A model generated the notes under the pieces. The model was given only the letters and a program-made list of their open reading frames with translations, was not told where the DNA came from and did not search any database. Source: Anaerolinea sp. (lineage in GTDB: Bacteria > Chloroflexota > Limnocylindria > Limnocylindrales > CSP1-4). From it: a DNA stretch of 64,000 nt. The DNA lies in NCBI GenBank assembly GCA_013822395.1, contig PNKK01000013.1:4723-68722 (forward strand), in the 5' to 3' direction. The translations under genes were made by a program, and so were the position numbers. How positions within the stretch are numbered: position 1 is the stretch's first letter; each line of letters begins with the position of its first letter. Positions 44,068 through 54,403 of the stretch are shown one piece after another.

Positions 44068-44168
44068 AAGTGTCGCGTCTCGCCACCGTGGCTCAGCGTC
44101 GCTTCGTATGACCAGATTCGCGGCCGCCCGATTCTCGTTTTCGATATGCCTCTCGGCGTCATACGAGT

Positions 44169-44699
44169 GTGCCCGAAGTGCCGGCGCATGGATCAGGCCG
44201 TTCGACCGCCACGGTGCTGCCGCCCGCTACACTCGATGGGATGGACGATCCCCGTTGGGAACCGGGCATGCCGGTCCTCGACCGCCAGACCGTTCGGGAG
44301 GCCGGCGGCGTCCCGGACGCGCTTGCGGGGCAGGGTGGCACGGCGCGACCCACGGCGCGACCCACGGCGCCCCGGGCGATCGCCGAGACCGCGCCGACGC
44401 CGCTTCAGAAGCACTACATCAGTCTGTCCGCGATCGCGTTGGTCGCGGGCGCGGTCGCGATCACCGCGCTCGAGACCGGCTCCACCTTCGCGAGCCCGCT
44501 CGTGAAGGTGGGCATTCTCGTCGCGGCGCCGATACTCATCGTCACGACCGCGGACGCTTCGCTGCGGATCTGGCGATCTGCCTGGGCGTGGATGCCGGTG
44601 AACCGCAACCGGGGCCTGTTCCGACTGGCCTGGCTCGCGGCCTCGGGGATCGGGATCCTGGTGTTCGCCGGCGCGGCAGTCCTGGCCCTGTCGGCATGA
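44169..44699 (+). CDS. hypothetical membrane protein
   Basis: The C-terminal half has three or four TM helices. Stop overlaps the NUDIX start (ATGA), which supports translation. The N-terminal limit is uncertain (possibly ATG 44241). Confidence 0.5.
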   Translation: MPEVPAHGSGRSTATVLPPATLDGMDDPRWEPGMPVLDRQTVREAGGVPDALAGQGGTARPTARPTAPRAIAETAPTPLQKHYISLSAIALVAGAVAITALETGSTFASPLVKVGILVAAPILIVTTADASLRIWRSAWAWMPVNRNRGLFRLAWLAASGIGILVFAGAAVLALSA

Positions 44700-45310
44700 C
44701 GCACTCCGACCGCGGTCCGGACGCCCGGTCAACGGATATCGCGTCCGGCGCCGGCGTGCCGCGCTGGATCGCAGCGAGCCTGAACTTCTGCTCGCGCTGC
44801 GGGGCGGAGCTCAGGTTCGGGGCGATCGAGGGCGAGGACCGCCTCCGGTCGAGCTGCCCGGCCTGCGGGCATGTCGCCTACGTCAACCCGCGCCTCGTCG
44901 TCACGACGCTGCCTGTGACCGACGACGGCCGGATCGTCCTGCTCCGGCGCGGGATCGAGCCCGGCCTCGGGGCGTGGGCCCAACCGGGCGGTTTCCTCGA
45001 GGTCGACGAGACCGTGGCCGAGGCGGCCGTCCGAGAGACGTTCGAGGAGACCGGCCTACAGGTCCGGCCCGGCGAGATCGTCGGACTGTATACGCGCCTC
45101 GAAGCGGCGGTGGTCGTCCTCGTGTTCGAGGCACTCGTCGTGGGTGGGACTCCGGCCCCGACGCCCGAGGCACTCGAGGTCCAGGCCTTCCACGCCGACG
45201 CGATCCCATGGTCCGGACTTGCGTTCAAGACCACCTACTGGGCGCTCGTCGACTGGCTCGAGCGGCGGCATCCGCACCTCAGGGCGCCGGCGTTCACTGT
45301 CGGGCGCTAG
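44696..45310 (+). CDS. NUDIX hydrolase with N-terminal zinc ribbon
   Basis: CSRCG...CPACG zinc ribbon. Nudix box GGFLEVDETVAEAAVRETFEETG. Confidence 0.85.
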   Translation: MTHSDRGPDARSTDIASGAGVPRWIAASLNFCSRCGAELRFGAIEGEDRLRSSCPACGHVAYVNPRLVVTTLPVTDDGRIVLLRRGIEPGLGAWAQPGGFLEVDETVAEAAVRETFEETGLQVRPGEIVGLYTRLEAAVVVLVFEALVVGGTPAPTPEALEVQAFHADAIPWSGLAFKTTYWALVDWLERRHPHLRAPAFTVGR

Positions 45311-45380
45311 CCGAGCTTGCCGCACAGGACCTCGGGCCGCTCTCCGCCCGCCCGCATGCGTCGACCGGGATCGGAGACGG

Positions 45381-45522
45381 CTGGTCGATCCGTCGACCAT
45401 CCGACGAAGGAGCGCGGCCTGAGAGTCCCAGACCGGCACCTCGGTCGCCGCTGGTCGATCCACCGACCACCCGACGAAGGACGGAGACTCGGCCAGCGTC
45501 ACGTTCGTCGTTTGGTCGATCC
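45381..45522. repeat. hairpin-containing intergenic repeat element, copy 2 (two direct units plus inverted partner)
   Basis: CTGGTCGATCCGTCGACCATCCGACGAAGGAG (45381-45412) and CTGGTCGATCCACCGACCACCCGACGAAGGAC (45451-45482), then ACGTTCGTCGTTTGGTCGATCC (45501-45522). Confidence 0.6.
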
Positions 45523-45630
45523 GGCACCGCGCGGCCGCATCGAGGCCCGCCAGTGCCCCCGGATCACGCGGCGCCATGACCTGGAGGACGATGCGCCTCC
45601 CGAGGAATAGCTACCTCGCTGGCGGACCCG

Positions 45631-46878
45631 TTACCTCGTCGCCGGCTCCTGGCGGGTGCCAACGGCGCGTGACCGAGCGCGACCCGCCCGCGCCGGCAGC
45701 GGCCCCGGCTTCCCGAGGAAATAGCCCTGACCGAAGCGGACGTGCAGGGCACGGAGCGTCTCCAGCTCCGCGGCGGTCTCGATGCCCTCGGCCACGATGG
45801 ACAGTCCCATCTCCCTCGCGAAGGAGACCAGCGCGATCGCCAGCGACCGCCTCGCCCGGTCGGTATCGATGTCGCGGGTGAGGGAGATGTCCAGCTTGAT
45901 CACGTCCGGCTGGAGGCGGATGATGTGGCGGAGGCTCGCGAAGCCCGCCCCGGCGTCGTCGATGGCCAGGCGGAGGCCCGCGGCGCGGAGGGGCGCAAGC
46001 GCGAGGCTCAGGGCGGCATAGTCCGGGACCGGGGCATGCTCCGTGATCTCAAGGTCGACGCGATCCAGCGGCAGGCCGAGCAGCGCCTCGCCGAGGCCTT
46101 CCGAGATCGCCGTTTCCGGGGACGCGTTGAGCGACAGGAAGACGTCCGGGGGCAGGTCGTCGAACCGGTGGGCGGCGGCCCGGATGGCCGCCAGCTCGAG
46201 CTCCTCCCGCAGCCCCACCTCCTCGGCGGTCTCGAACCAGAGGTCGGGCCGGCGCTGGGCGCCGACCTCGAAGCGGGCGAGTGCCTCGTACCCCGCCAGT
46301 CGCAGGGTCTCGAGGTCCATGATGGGCTGGAAGACCGGAACAATCGAACCTGGCCGGAGTGCCGCCTCCACCTCGGCCCGCAACCGTCGATCGTGCTCGT
46401 CGGTCATCTCGCTGGTCGTCAGCTCGGCCGACACGTTGCCGGCGATGACTCGCGCGGCGCCGGCGGAGAACGTGGACACTCCACGGCTCGCTCGGATCAC
46501 CGTCTGGACGAGGTCCTCGATCGGGGAGCCCTTGACGAGGTAGGAGGTCGCCCCGGCTCGGATCATCTCGCCGACGGTCGGGCCGTCCTCCTGAGCGGAG
46601 AAGGCGACGATCCGCGTGGCCGGGGACATGCGAAGAATGCCCCGCGCCGCGCGGGCACCGCCGCCGGTCCGCAATCGGGCATCGATCACCGCGACGTCCG
46701 GTCGATGGTCCGCCGCGGCCACGACGGCATCGTCGACATCGCCGGCGCTCGCGACCACGGTCATCCCGGGCTGGGCGGCGAGGACGTCGCAGACCACCGC
46801 GCGCAGGCTCGCGTTGTGGTCGGCGACGAGGATTCGAATCGTCGACTCGGCGGTGCCGCGGTCCGGATCGGAGATCAT
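45631..46878 (-). CDS. response regulator with EAL domain (c-di-GMP phosphodiesterase-type)
   Basis: REC (ILVADHNASLR...VAVIDARL) plus EAL domain (FQPIMDL...YEALARF, EITEH, DDAGAGFASL, IKLD). ATGA overlap with the upstream kinase. Confidence 0.85.
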   Translation of the reverse strand: MISDPDRGTAESTIRILVADHNASLRAVVCDVLAAQPGMTVVASAGDVDDAVVAAADHRPDVAVIDARLRTGGGARAARGILRMSPATRIVAFSAQEDGPTVGEMIRAGATSYLVKGSPIEDLVQTVIRASRGVSTFSAGAARVIAGNVSAELTTSEMTDEHDRRLRAEVEAALRPGSIVPVFQPIMDLETLRLAGYEALARFEVGAQRRPDLWFETAEEVGLREELELAAIRAAAHRFDDLPPDVFLSLNASPETAISEGLGEALLGLPLDRVDLEITEHAPVPDYAALSLALAPLRAAGLRLAIDDAGAGFASLRHIIRLQPDVIKLDISLTRDIDTDRARRSLAIALVSFAREMGLSIVAEGIETAAELETLRALHVRFGQGYFLGKPGPLPARAGRARSRAVGTRQEPATR

Positions 46879-48161
46879 CCGGTCGTCCCGGATCCGGCGC
46901 CCCCGGTACCTGGCGGCTCGCCTGGTTCCGCTGACTCCATCTCGGGGACGTCATCCGCTCCGGGCGCGTCATCCGCTCCGGGCGCGACAGCCGCCTCGGG
47001 ATCGACGGCCGCCTCGGGATCGAGCGGGAGCCACGCGTGGATCTCCGCCCCGTGCCCCACGGACGCGTCGGCCTGAAGCCAGCCGCCCGCCAGCCTGGCC
47101 CGTTCGTCCATGATCGCGAGGCCGCCCCGCCCGCGGATGGCAAGGATCTCCACGGGGTCGAATCCGACCCCGTCGTCCCGGACCCAGAGGTCAACACCCG
47201 CCGTGTCCCCGGTGATGCGCACCTCGAGCGTTCGGGCGGCGGCGTGCCGCCGGACGTTGGAGATCGCGCCCTGGGCGATCCGGTAGAGCACCGTCTGGGT
47301 CGCCAGCGGCGGGTCCACCGACAGGTCGACAACAAGGGTGGTCGCCGGCTCGGACGAACCCGCCCGCCCGCCCGCCTGGAGGAGCTCCCGGATCGCGCCC
47401 TCCAGCCCGTCGGTCTCCATGGCCACGGGCCGCAGCTGGGACACCAGCTGCCGGAGCTCGGCCAGTGCCCGCGCGGCCGCATCGCTCAGGCGCTCGATCT
47501 CCGCCCGAAGCACGGGGTCCTCGAATCTGTGTCCGTGGAGCTCCAGGCGCAACTGGAGCTCCACGAGGGTTTGGATCACCGTGTCGTGGACCTCCGCGGC
47601 CACCTCGCGTCGCTCCATCTCCTGGGCGTCGACGAGCCTGTTCAGCAGCTTCTCACGGTGGCGAGCCGCCTCCCGCAGGCGCTCGACGCTCTCATGGAGC
47701 GCCCGCGTCCGGAGGTCCACCACCTCCTCCAAGCGCTCGTTCTGGCGCGCCAGGTGGACCTCCAGGTGACGCCAGGCAAGGAGGTTCCGGACGCGGAGGA
47801 CGGCTTCCAGGTGGTCGAACGGCTTCGTCAGGAAGTCCATCGCCCCGGCGCGGAGCGCTCGCTCTCGCGCCCGGTGGGTGGCGTCGGCGGTGAGCACGAG
47901 GACGGGCGGCCGCAGCCCGTCCCGCCACAGTTCCGCGACGAGCTCCAGGATCCGGTAGCCGTCCAGGTATGGCATCAGGAGGTCGAGAAGGATCAGGTCC
48001 GGCGGAGCCTGGCTCAGGATGGCCGGAACCTCGCGAGGGTCCGTAACCCCGATCACATCCTTGTATCCCTCCTGGGCGAGGACCCGCTGGAGGATCGTGA
48101 CGTTCGCGGGCTCGTCGTCCACGACGAGGATGCGGCTCTTTCCGAGGTCGGCGTCAGGCAT
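46875..48161 (-). CDS. REC-domain-containing HisKA_3-type sensor histidine kinase
   Basis: N-terminal REC (ILVVDDEPANV...LILLDLLMPYLDG). H-box EVAAEVHDTVIQTL. HATPase_c. Start at ATG 48161 (MPDADLGK...). Repetitive acidic C-terminal tail. Confidence 0.8.
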   Translation of the reverse strand: MPDADLGKSRILVVDDEPANVTILQRVLAQEGYKDVIGVTDPREVPAILSQAPPDLILLDLLMPYLDGYRILELVAELWRDGLRPPVLVLTADATHRARERALRAGAMDFLTKPFDHLEAVLRVRNLLAWRHLEVHLARQNERLEEVVDLRTRALHESVERLREAARHREKLLNRLVDAQEMERREVAAEVHDTVIQTLVELQLRLELHGHRFEDPVLRAEIERLSDAAARALAELRQLVSQLRPVAMETDGLEGAIRELLQAGGRAGSSEPATTLVVDLSVDPPLATQTVLYRIAQGAISNVRRHAAARTLEVRITGDTAGVDLWVRDDGVGFDPVEILAIRGRGGLAIMDERARLAGGWLQADASVGHGAEIHAWLPLDPEAAVDPEAAVAPGADDAPGADDVPEMESAEPGEPPGTGGAGSGTTG

Positions 48162-51036
48162 CGGTCGGCCTCCCCCCTTCCACGAGCCGGTCGACCAGGC
48201 CGAGGAATTCGTCCATGTCGAGAGGCTTGGCCAGGAAACCATCCGCCCCCGCGTGCTCGAGCCGGCGTCTGAGCCCGGGCCCGTTCGACGAGCTCAGGAC
48301 GAGCACCGGGATGTCCCGGGTGCGAGGGTCCCCGCGCAAGGCATCCAGCACTTCTTCGCCCGAGATGTCCGGGAGGTGGAGGTCCAGGAGGACCAGGTCC
48401 GCCTCGTGCTGCCGGACGAGCTCCAGGCCCAGCCGGCCCTGCATCGCCGCCACCAGGCGCGTCCCCGGCCGCGCGGTGAGAATCCGCTCCACGAGGCCCA
48501 GGTTCGGCAGGTTGTCCTCGATGTAGACGACCGTCCGGTGCGCCGCCCCAGCGTCGACCGGCCCTGCGTCCGGTCCCGGGGGCGCGGCGGGGGTGTCCGT
48601 GGCCGGCAGCTCGACGTGGAACGTGCTGCCGCGGCCAGGGGTCGAGTCCACGCCGATCGTCCCGGCCATCGCCTCGATCAGGCCCGCGGAGAGAGCCAGC
48701 CCCACGCCCAGGCCACCGGGGGCGCCGTCACCAGCGGAAGCCCCGCGCCGGAACGGGGTGAACAGATGGTCGCGCACCTCGGGCGCGATGCCCGGACCGT
48801 CGTCGGCGACGGAGATCCGCCACCGGCCGGACGCCGTGCCTGGCTCCCGCCCCACGACGATCTCGCCGCCCGACGGGCTGTGCTTCACGGCATTGGACAG
48901 GAGGTTCAGGAGGACCTGCCGCAGGCGCCGGCCGTCGGCCAGGACCCACGCCCCGGGATCCGCCGCGGGAAGGCGCACGACGAGCCCGCGGGCATCGGCG
49001 GCCGGGCGGATCAGGTCCGCCGTATCGTGCAGCACCTCGTCCACGGCGACCGGCTCGATCGACAGTGTCAGGCGGCCCGCATCCACGCGAGCCAGCTCGA
49101 TAAGGCCGTCCACCATCTCGAGCAACCGGCGACCACCGCGCAGGACCTGGGCCACCGCATCCCGGTCCTCTGGGCCTGGCAGCTCGGCGCGCTCGAGGAG
49201 CTGGCCGAAGCCCAGGACCGCGTTGAGCGGGGTGCGGAGCTCGTGGCTCACCCCTGACAGGAACTCGCTCTTCGCCCGGTTGGCCAGCTCCGCCGCCTCC
49301 TTCGCCTCTCGGAGCTGACGCTCGGTCTCGTTCCGCTCGGTCATGTCGACGAGCGTGCCGTTGAACTGCCACGAGCCGTCGTCGTTGAACGTGCGGCGCA
49401 GCGTCACGTGCATGTCGCGGGTATCGCCCGCAGCCGTCATGTAGCGGAGCTCACGCACGAACCGCGTCTCCCGCGCCTCAGCAGACGCCATGAGCGCCGC
49501 ATGGGTGGCTTCACGTTCGCCGGGCTCGATGACGTCGACGACCCACCGTGGGACGCCGACCACCGCGGCCGGCGGATACCCGAGGATGGATTCCACGCTC
49601 GGGCTGATGTAGTCCAGCACGAGTTCCGGGCCCCGGCCGCGGAGCAGGATGACGGGCGTGGACCGGGCGATCTCCTCGAGGTACCCACTTGCCGCCGAGA
49701 GCTCGGTCTGGGCGGCCCGCCAGGCCGTGACGTCAACGCCCGTTCCCAGGAAGGTGGCCGGACTGCCGTCCTCCGAGCACTCCCACCGTGACGCGACGAG
49801 GATGTTCCGGTACGAGCCGTCCGCATGCCACATCCGCACCTCGCCGGTCACGACACCGCCCATGGCGGCTGCCTCGGCGACGGTCGCGGGGAAGATCTTC
49901 ACGTCATCCGGATGGACGATGCCCGGCCACCAGCCGGGTCGGCCGACCACGTCCTCCGGTCGATACCCGAGGACCGACCAGAGCGCGGGACTCGCGTACG
50001 TGAGGACGGCGTCCGAGATCCGACCCCGCACCACGATGCCCGGCGAGGTCGCGACCAGCTCCTCCGCAAAGGCGTGGGCGGCGACCTCCTTCCGACGCTC
50101 GAGCTCGAGCGCCATGAACAGGCCCCGGATCCGGGCGATCGCCAGGATCGCCACCGTGGCCGCCACGACGTCCAGGACGAACGAGTCCTCGGCACCCGGA
50201 AACAGGTGTCGGGTGAGGGTTCCGATGGTGGGCGCCAGGATCGCGGCGGCGAGGAGGGCGAATCGTGGCCTCGGACCCAGGAGCGGCGCATCCGCCGCCC
50301 GCGTGTTCGAGGGATGCAGCGCAGCCGCGCCGAAGCAGACGAGAGAGAGGAGCCACATCGGTTCGGGCGCGACCGGCAGCGGCGGGACATGGATCCCGAG
50401 TCCGAACGTGGCGTCACCGGCTGACTGCGCCGTCAAGGCGGCGAGGAGCAGCCCGATCGCTTCCCGTCCCGGGCCCGGCGTCAGCGCGAGCCAGACGCCC
50501 ATTGCGAGCGCCGGAATGCCGACGAAGAAGGATGCGAGAACCCGCGGATCCTCCAACCCGTGGCCCCCGACGCCCGTGACCGAGAGCCCGAACAGGAACA
50601 CCCCCAGGCCCAGCCCCACGACCACGATCACGGCGTCCAGGAGCGCTGCGCGATCCGTGGTCGCGCCCCGAGACCGGGCGAGCGACCAGAGTCCGATGGC
50701 CAGGAGACCATACGGGACGATGAAGCCGGCGTCGATCCAGGCATGGGGCAGGGCGACGGACGGCCAAGCGGCGCCGACCGTCAACAACACGTTGAGTCCG
50801 AACTGGACCGCGACCGCGGCGAGAATGACTTGCCAGGCCGGCCGTTCGGAGGGGCGGTTGCGCCGGACACCAACGCCGATCGCGACGACGGCGGCCGCGT
50901 TGCCTACCGTGCGCAGGGCGTCCGCTCCTGGGCCGGCCGGGGCGATCGCGATGAAGGCGGCGAGCCCGATGCCGGCGAGCAGGAAGAGTCGCCAGGCGCG
51001 ATCATCCATGGCGCGCCGGGCAAGGTTGCCGTCCAC
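48154..51036 (-). CDS. hybrid sensor histidine kinase (polytopic membrane N-terminus, PAS domains, HisKA, HATPase_c, REC)
   Basis: 960 aa. About 10 TM helices. PAS-like repeats. SHELRTPLNAV H-box. G-boxes. C-terminal REC (VVYIEDNLPNL...LLDLHLPDISG). Confidence 0.85.
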   Translation of the reverse strand: MDGNLARRAMDDRAWRLFLLAGIGLAAFIAIAPAGPGADALRTVGNAAAVVAIGVGVRRNRPSERPAWQVILAAVAVQFGLNVLLTVGAAWPSVALPHAWIDAGFIVPYGLLAIGLWSLARSRGATTDRAALLDAVIVVVGLGLGVFLFGLSVTGVGGHGLEDPRVLASFFVGIPALAMGVWLALTPGPGREAIGLLLAALTAQSAGDATFGLGIHVPPLPVAPEPMWLLSLVCFGAAALHPSNTRAADAPLLGPRPRFALLAAAILAPTIGTLTRHLFPGAEDSFVLDVVAATVAILAIARIRGLFMALELERRKEVAAHAFAEELVATSPGIVVRGRISDAVLTYASPALWSVLGYRPEDVVGRPGWWPGIVHPDDVKIFPATVAEAAAMGGVVTGEVRMWHADGSYRNILVASRWECSEDGSPATFLGTGVDVTAWRAAQTELSAASGYLEEIARSTPVILLRGRGPELVLDYISPSVESILGYPPAAVVGVPRWVVDVIEPGEREATHAALMASAEARETRFVRELRYMTAAGDTRDMHVTLRRTFNDDGSWQFNGTLVDMTERNETERQLREAKEAAELANRAKSEFLSGVSHELRTPLNAVLGFGQLLERAELPGPEDRDAVAQVLRGGRRLLEMVDGLIELARVDAGRLTLSIEPVAVDEVLHDTADLIRPAADARGLVVRLPAADPGAWVLADGRRLRQVLLNLLSNAVKHSPSGGEIVVGREPGTASGRWRISVADDGPGIAPEVRDHLFTPFRRGASAGDGAPGGLGVGLALSAGLIEAMAGTIGVDSTPGRGSTFHVELPATDTPAAPPGPDAGPVDAGAAHRTVVYIEDNLPNLGLVERILTARPGTRLVAAMQGRLGLELVRQHEADLVLLDLHLPDISGEEVLDALRGDPRTRDIPVLVLSSSNGPGLRRRLEHAGADGFLAKPLDMDEFLGLVDRLVEGGRPTDA

Positions 51037-51089
51037 GCTTCGAGGCTACGGCGGGGTGCTCCGCCGCATCACCCCCCGTCCGTCGGCGC

Positions 51090-54000
51090 TCAACCGGTAC
51101 CATCGGGGGCCGCCGAGGAGTCCCCCGGCGGCTGGCGCAGTGCGAGAAGCCGATCAATGAGCTCCAGGAACTCGCCGACATCGATGGGCTTGGAGACGTA
51201 CGCGACCGCGCCGCGCGCTAGGAGGCGCTCCCGCTGGGCCGGCGTCGCGTCGGCGCTCAGGATCACGACCGCGATGTCGCGGGTCAGCTCATCCGACCGG
51301 AGCCGGCCCATGACCTCGGTCCCGTCCAGGTCGGGCAGGTGCATGTCCAGAAGAATCAGGTCCGGCCGATGCTCGCGTGCCAGCTCGAGCCCCAGCCTCC
51401 CGAGCATCGCGGGAATCACCCGGATAGCTCCGCGCAGCGCGAACAGCCGCTCGACGAGCTGCAGATTCGAGAGGTTGTCCTCGATGTAGAGGACGGTCCC
51501 CCCAAGCCTGGGGCCGGGCGCGGGCGGCTCGGCCACCTGAGCCGCCCGCGCCTCCGCCGGTACCCCGTCCGGGCGCCCCGTGTCGTCCGGGCTCGTCGCT
51601 GGCAGCTCGAACCAGAACGTGGACCCCTCGCCCGGGACGCTGTCGAAGCCGATGGTCCCGCCCATTCGCTCCACGAGCACCTTCGAGAGCGCCAGCCCCA
51701 GCCCGGTCCCTTCGACGCCCGTTGCCTCCGCCTCGAGACGGTCGAACGGGGCGAAGACGCGATCGCGCATGGCCACCGGAATGCCGGCGCCCTCATCGTG
51801 GACGCCGACGCGGACGCGGTCGGCGGCGGCGTCGGAGAGGGAGACGATGATCCGGCCGCCTGGACGGTTGAACTTCACCGCGTTCGACAGCAGGTTCAGC
51901 AGCACCTGCTTGAGGCGTTGCCGGTCCGCCAGGACGTGGCGGTCGCCGTCCTCGACGAGGAGCCTGATCCCGTGGTCCTCGGCGAGCGGCGCGATGAGCG
52001 CCGTCGCCTCGGTCACGGCGCCGGCGAGGTGGACCGGCTCGGGCGAGATCGTGAGCGTGCCGGACTCGATCCGGCTGATATCGAGGACCTCGTTGATCAG
52101 GTCGAGCAGGTGCCGGCCGCCCCTGAGGATGTGGTGCACGCTCTCCCGCTGGTCGTGGCCGAGCGGCTCCATGTCCATGAGCTGGGCGAAGCCGATGACC
52201 GCGTTCAAGGGCGTCCGGAGCTCGTGGCTCATCCGCGACAGGAACTCCGTCTTGGACCGGTTGGCTCGTTCCGCCTCCGCGCGCGCGGACTCCAATGCCC
52301 GCTGGAGCTGCTTCGTGGTTGTCACGTCCCGAAAGGCGATGGCGACGCCGTCACCGACCCTGGTGATCCGGACCGAGAGATCGCGCGTCTCGCCTGTCGA
52401 CGCATGGGGCAGGCTGGCCTCGTATTCGACCGGACTGCCGCTCGCGACCACCCGCGACCAGAGTGCGAGGCGCCGCTCGTACAGGTCCGGAGGCTGCGCC
52501 GACAGGCGGGCACCGACCGCGCCGAAGGACGGTCCGATGATCTCCGCCGCCGGATCGTTCGAGAAGACGGCCTCGAAGTCGACGACCTCACCCGTGTCCG
52601 GATCCCGGATCGCTCGGCTCACGGTGAGTGGATCGACGGCGATGTCCAGGTATTCGCGTGTCTGGCGCTCCGCCTCGATGCGCTCGGTGATGTCGCGCAC
52701 GACGGCGACGAGCCGGAGCGGACCGTCCTCTGCCCGGACGGCCTGGAGGATGATCTCGACCGGGAGCTCGGTCCCGTCCTTCCGCCGGTGGACGGTCTCG
52801 AACCGGTGGACGTCCCGGGTCCCGTCGACGAGTGGCGCGATGAGAGCCCGGAAGCCGGCCTCGTCGAAGCGCGGCTTGAGGTCCAGGGGCGTCATCTTCA
52901 GGAGCTCGTCGCGGCTGTAGCCGACCTGCTCCGTGGCTCCCCGGTTGACGTAGAAGAAGCGCAGCGTCTCCGGATCGAAGATGAACAGGCCGTCGCGGGT
53001 GGCCTCCACGAGGGCAGCCTGGGCCGCGAGGCGAGCCTCGCTTTCCCGGAGCTCCGCGAGCGCCGCCGACAGGTCCGCCGTCCGCGTCTCCACCCGCTCC
53101 TGGACAGAGGCCGCCATGCGGTCGAAGGTGGCGGCGAGCGCGCCGAGCTCTCCGCCGCCGGAGAAGCCCGTGCGCGCCTCCAGGTCCCCGGAGGCGATCC
53201 GGTCGGCCGCGGCGGCAAGCTGATCGACGGGCCGCAGGATCAGGCGGCGGACGCCATACCAGGACAGCGCAAGCGCGACGCCCACCGCGGTCAGGAGCAG
53301 GCCCATCCCCACCTGGAACGACCGGTCGGCCACGGCCGTCAGCCGACCCAGCTCGAAGCCGATGGCAACGGAGATCGCGTTCGCATTCGCGTTCCCGAGA
53401 TCGACGTGGCGGTGAACGTACAGCCGCGGGATCCCGTCGACACCGGCTGTTTCCAGCTGCCCATCCGGACCCCGCAGCATGGCGGCGACGAGCGGGACGT
53501 CCGGCAATGTCTGGCCCACCCAATCCTGTGGCGCGGGCTCCCGGACGATGATCGTGCTCTTCCGGTCGACGACCAGCAGGTCGGCGCCCTCGGGGATGCC
53601 GGCATCGACGCCGAGCCGGGTGAGCGAGGAGAGTGGGAGCGACGCGAGAACGACTCCCGAGAATGCCCCGGCATCGCCGCGGATCGGCAACGCGACCACG
53701 ATGACCCGCTGCTTCGTGACCCGGCCCACGCTGTAGTCGCCGATCGCGAACGAGCCCGTCGCCATCGCCTGGATGAAGTACGGCCGGTCCGCGACGGACA
53801 CGGGTCCGCTGGTCGGGACACCCGAGCAGAGGACGTTCCCGTCAGCGTCGGTGGCGGCCAGGTTGACGTACTCGGGATACGCGGGCAGGAGGTCGCGGAG
53901 GTACGCGGCACAGGCCGCCTGGTCGAGATCGCGAACCTGCGGGACCGCCGCGATCGCGATGAGGGTCTGTCGCGAGGCCTCGAAAAACACCCGTGTGCTG

Positions 54001-54224
54001 TCAGCGACGAGTGACGCATGCCGACCCGCATCCTCGACCGCAGCCGCTCGTGTCGTCTCGCGTTCGGCGGCCAGCCGCAGGACGCTGCCAACGACGAGCG
54101 GCGCGGCGACCAGGATCGCGATGACGCCGACCCTGGCGCGAAGGCCGAATTGCCCGAAGCGTGGATCTCCCCGCGGGGTAGGCTCATTGGAGGTGATCGG
54201 AATCCCCCGGTCGCCCCGTGTCAA
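51090..54224 (-). CDS. hybrid sensor histidine kinase (Cache-like periplasmic domain, HAMP, PAS x2, HisKA, HATPase_c, REC)
   Basis: SHELRTPLNAV H-box, HATPase G-boxes, C-terminal REC (VLYIEDNLSNL...LLDMHLPDLDG). Start is uncertain. The TTG at 54224 (GAGG upstream) is chosen because the ORF 5' part to 54503 is Arg-rich and overlaps the upstream gene. Confidence 0.8.
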   Translation of the reverse strand: MTRGDRGIPITSNEPTPRGDPRFGQFGLRARVGVIAILVAAPLVVGSVLRLAAERETTRAAAVEDAGRHASLVADSTRVFFEASRQTLIAIAAVPQVRDLDQAACAAYLRDLLPAYPEYVNLAATDADGNVLCSGVPTSGPVSVADRPYFIQAMATGSFAIGDYSVGRVTKQRVIVVALPIRGDAGAFSGVVLASLPLSSLTRLGVDAGIPEGADLLVVDRKSTIIVREPAPQDWVGQTLPDVPLVAAMLRGPDGQLETAGVDGIPRLYVHRHVDLGNANANAISVAIGFELGRLTAVADRSFQVGMGLLLTAVGVALALSWYGVRRLILRPVDQLAAAADRIASGDLEARTGFSGGGELGALAATFDRMAASVQERVETRTADLSAALAELRESEARLAAQAALVEATRDGLFIFDPETLRFFYVNRGATEQVGYSRDELLKMTPLDLKPRFDEAGFRALIAPLVDGTRDVHRFETVHRRKDGTELPVEIILQAVRAEDGPLRLVAVVRDITERIEAERQTREYLDIAVDPLTVSRAIRDPDTGEVVDFEAVFSNDPAAEIIGPSFGAVGARLSAQPPDLYERRLALWSRVVASGSPVEYEASLPHASTGETRDLSVRITRVGDGVAIAFRDVTTTKQLQRALESARAEAERANRSKTEFLSRMSHELRTPLNAVIGFAQLMDMEPLGHDQRESVHHILRGGRHLLDLINEVLDISRIESGTLTISPEPVHLAGAVTEATALIAPLAEDHGIRLLVEDGDRHVLADRQRLKQVLLNLLSNAVKFNRPGGRIIVSLSDAAADRVRVGVHDEGAGIPVAMRDRVFAPFDRLEAEATGVEGTGLGLALSKVLVERMGGTIGFDSVPGEGSTFWFELPATSPDDTGRPDGVPAEARAAQVAEPPAPGPRLGGTVLYIEDNLSNLQLVERLFALRGAIRVIPAMLGRLGLELAREHRPDLILLDMHLPDLDGTEVMGRLRSDELTRDIAVVILSADATPAQRERLLARGAVAYVSKPIDVGEFLELIDRLLALRQPPGDSSAAPDGTG

Positions 54225-54403
54225 GCGCTCTTCGACCTCGCTGCTTCCCCACCCGACGGGCCGCGCGCTGCACGCCGGGCCGGCTCTGCCCGCGGATTGT
54301 ACGCGCCGCCTCTCCCCGCGGAGCGCCAGACTTCGCGGAGCGCCCCACTCCGCCGGCTGCCGACGCGGCCCTGCGTTCACGCCGACGGCGGGATGCGGAC
54401 CCC

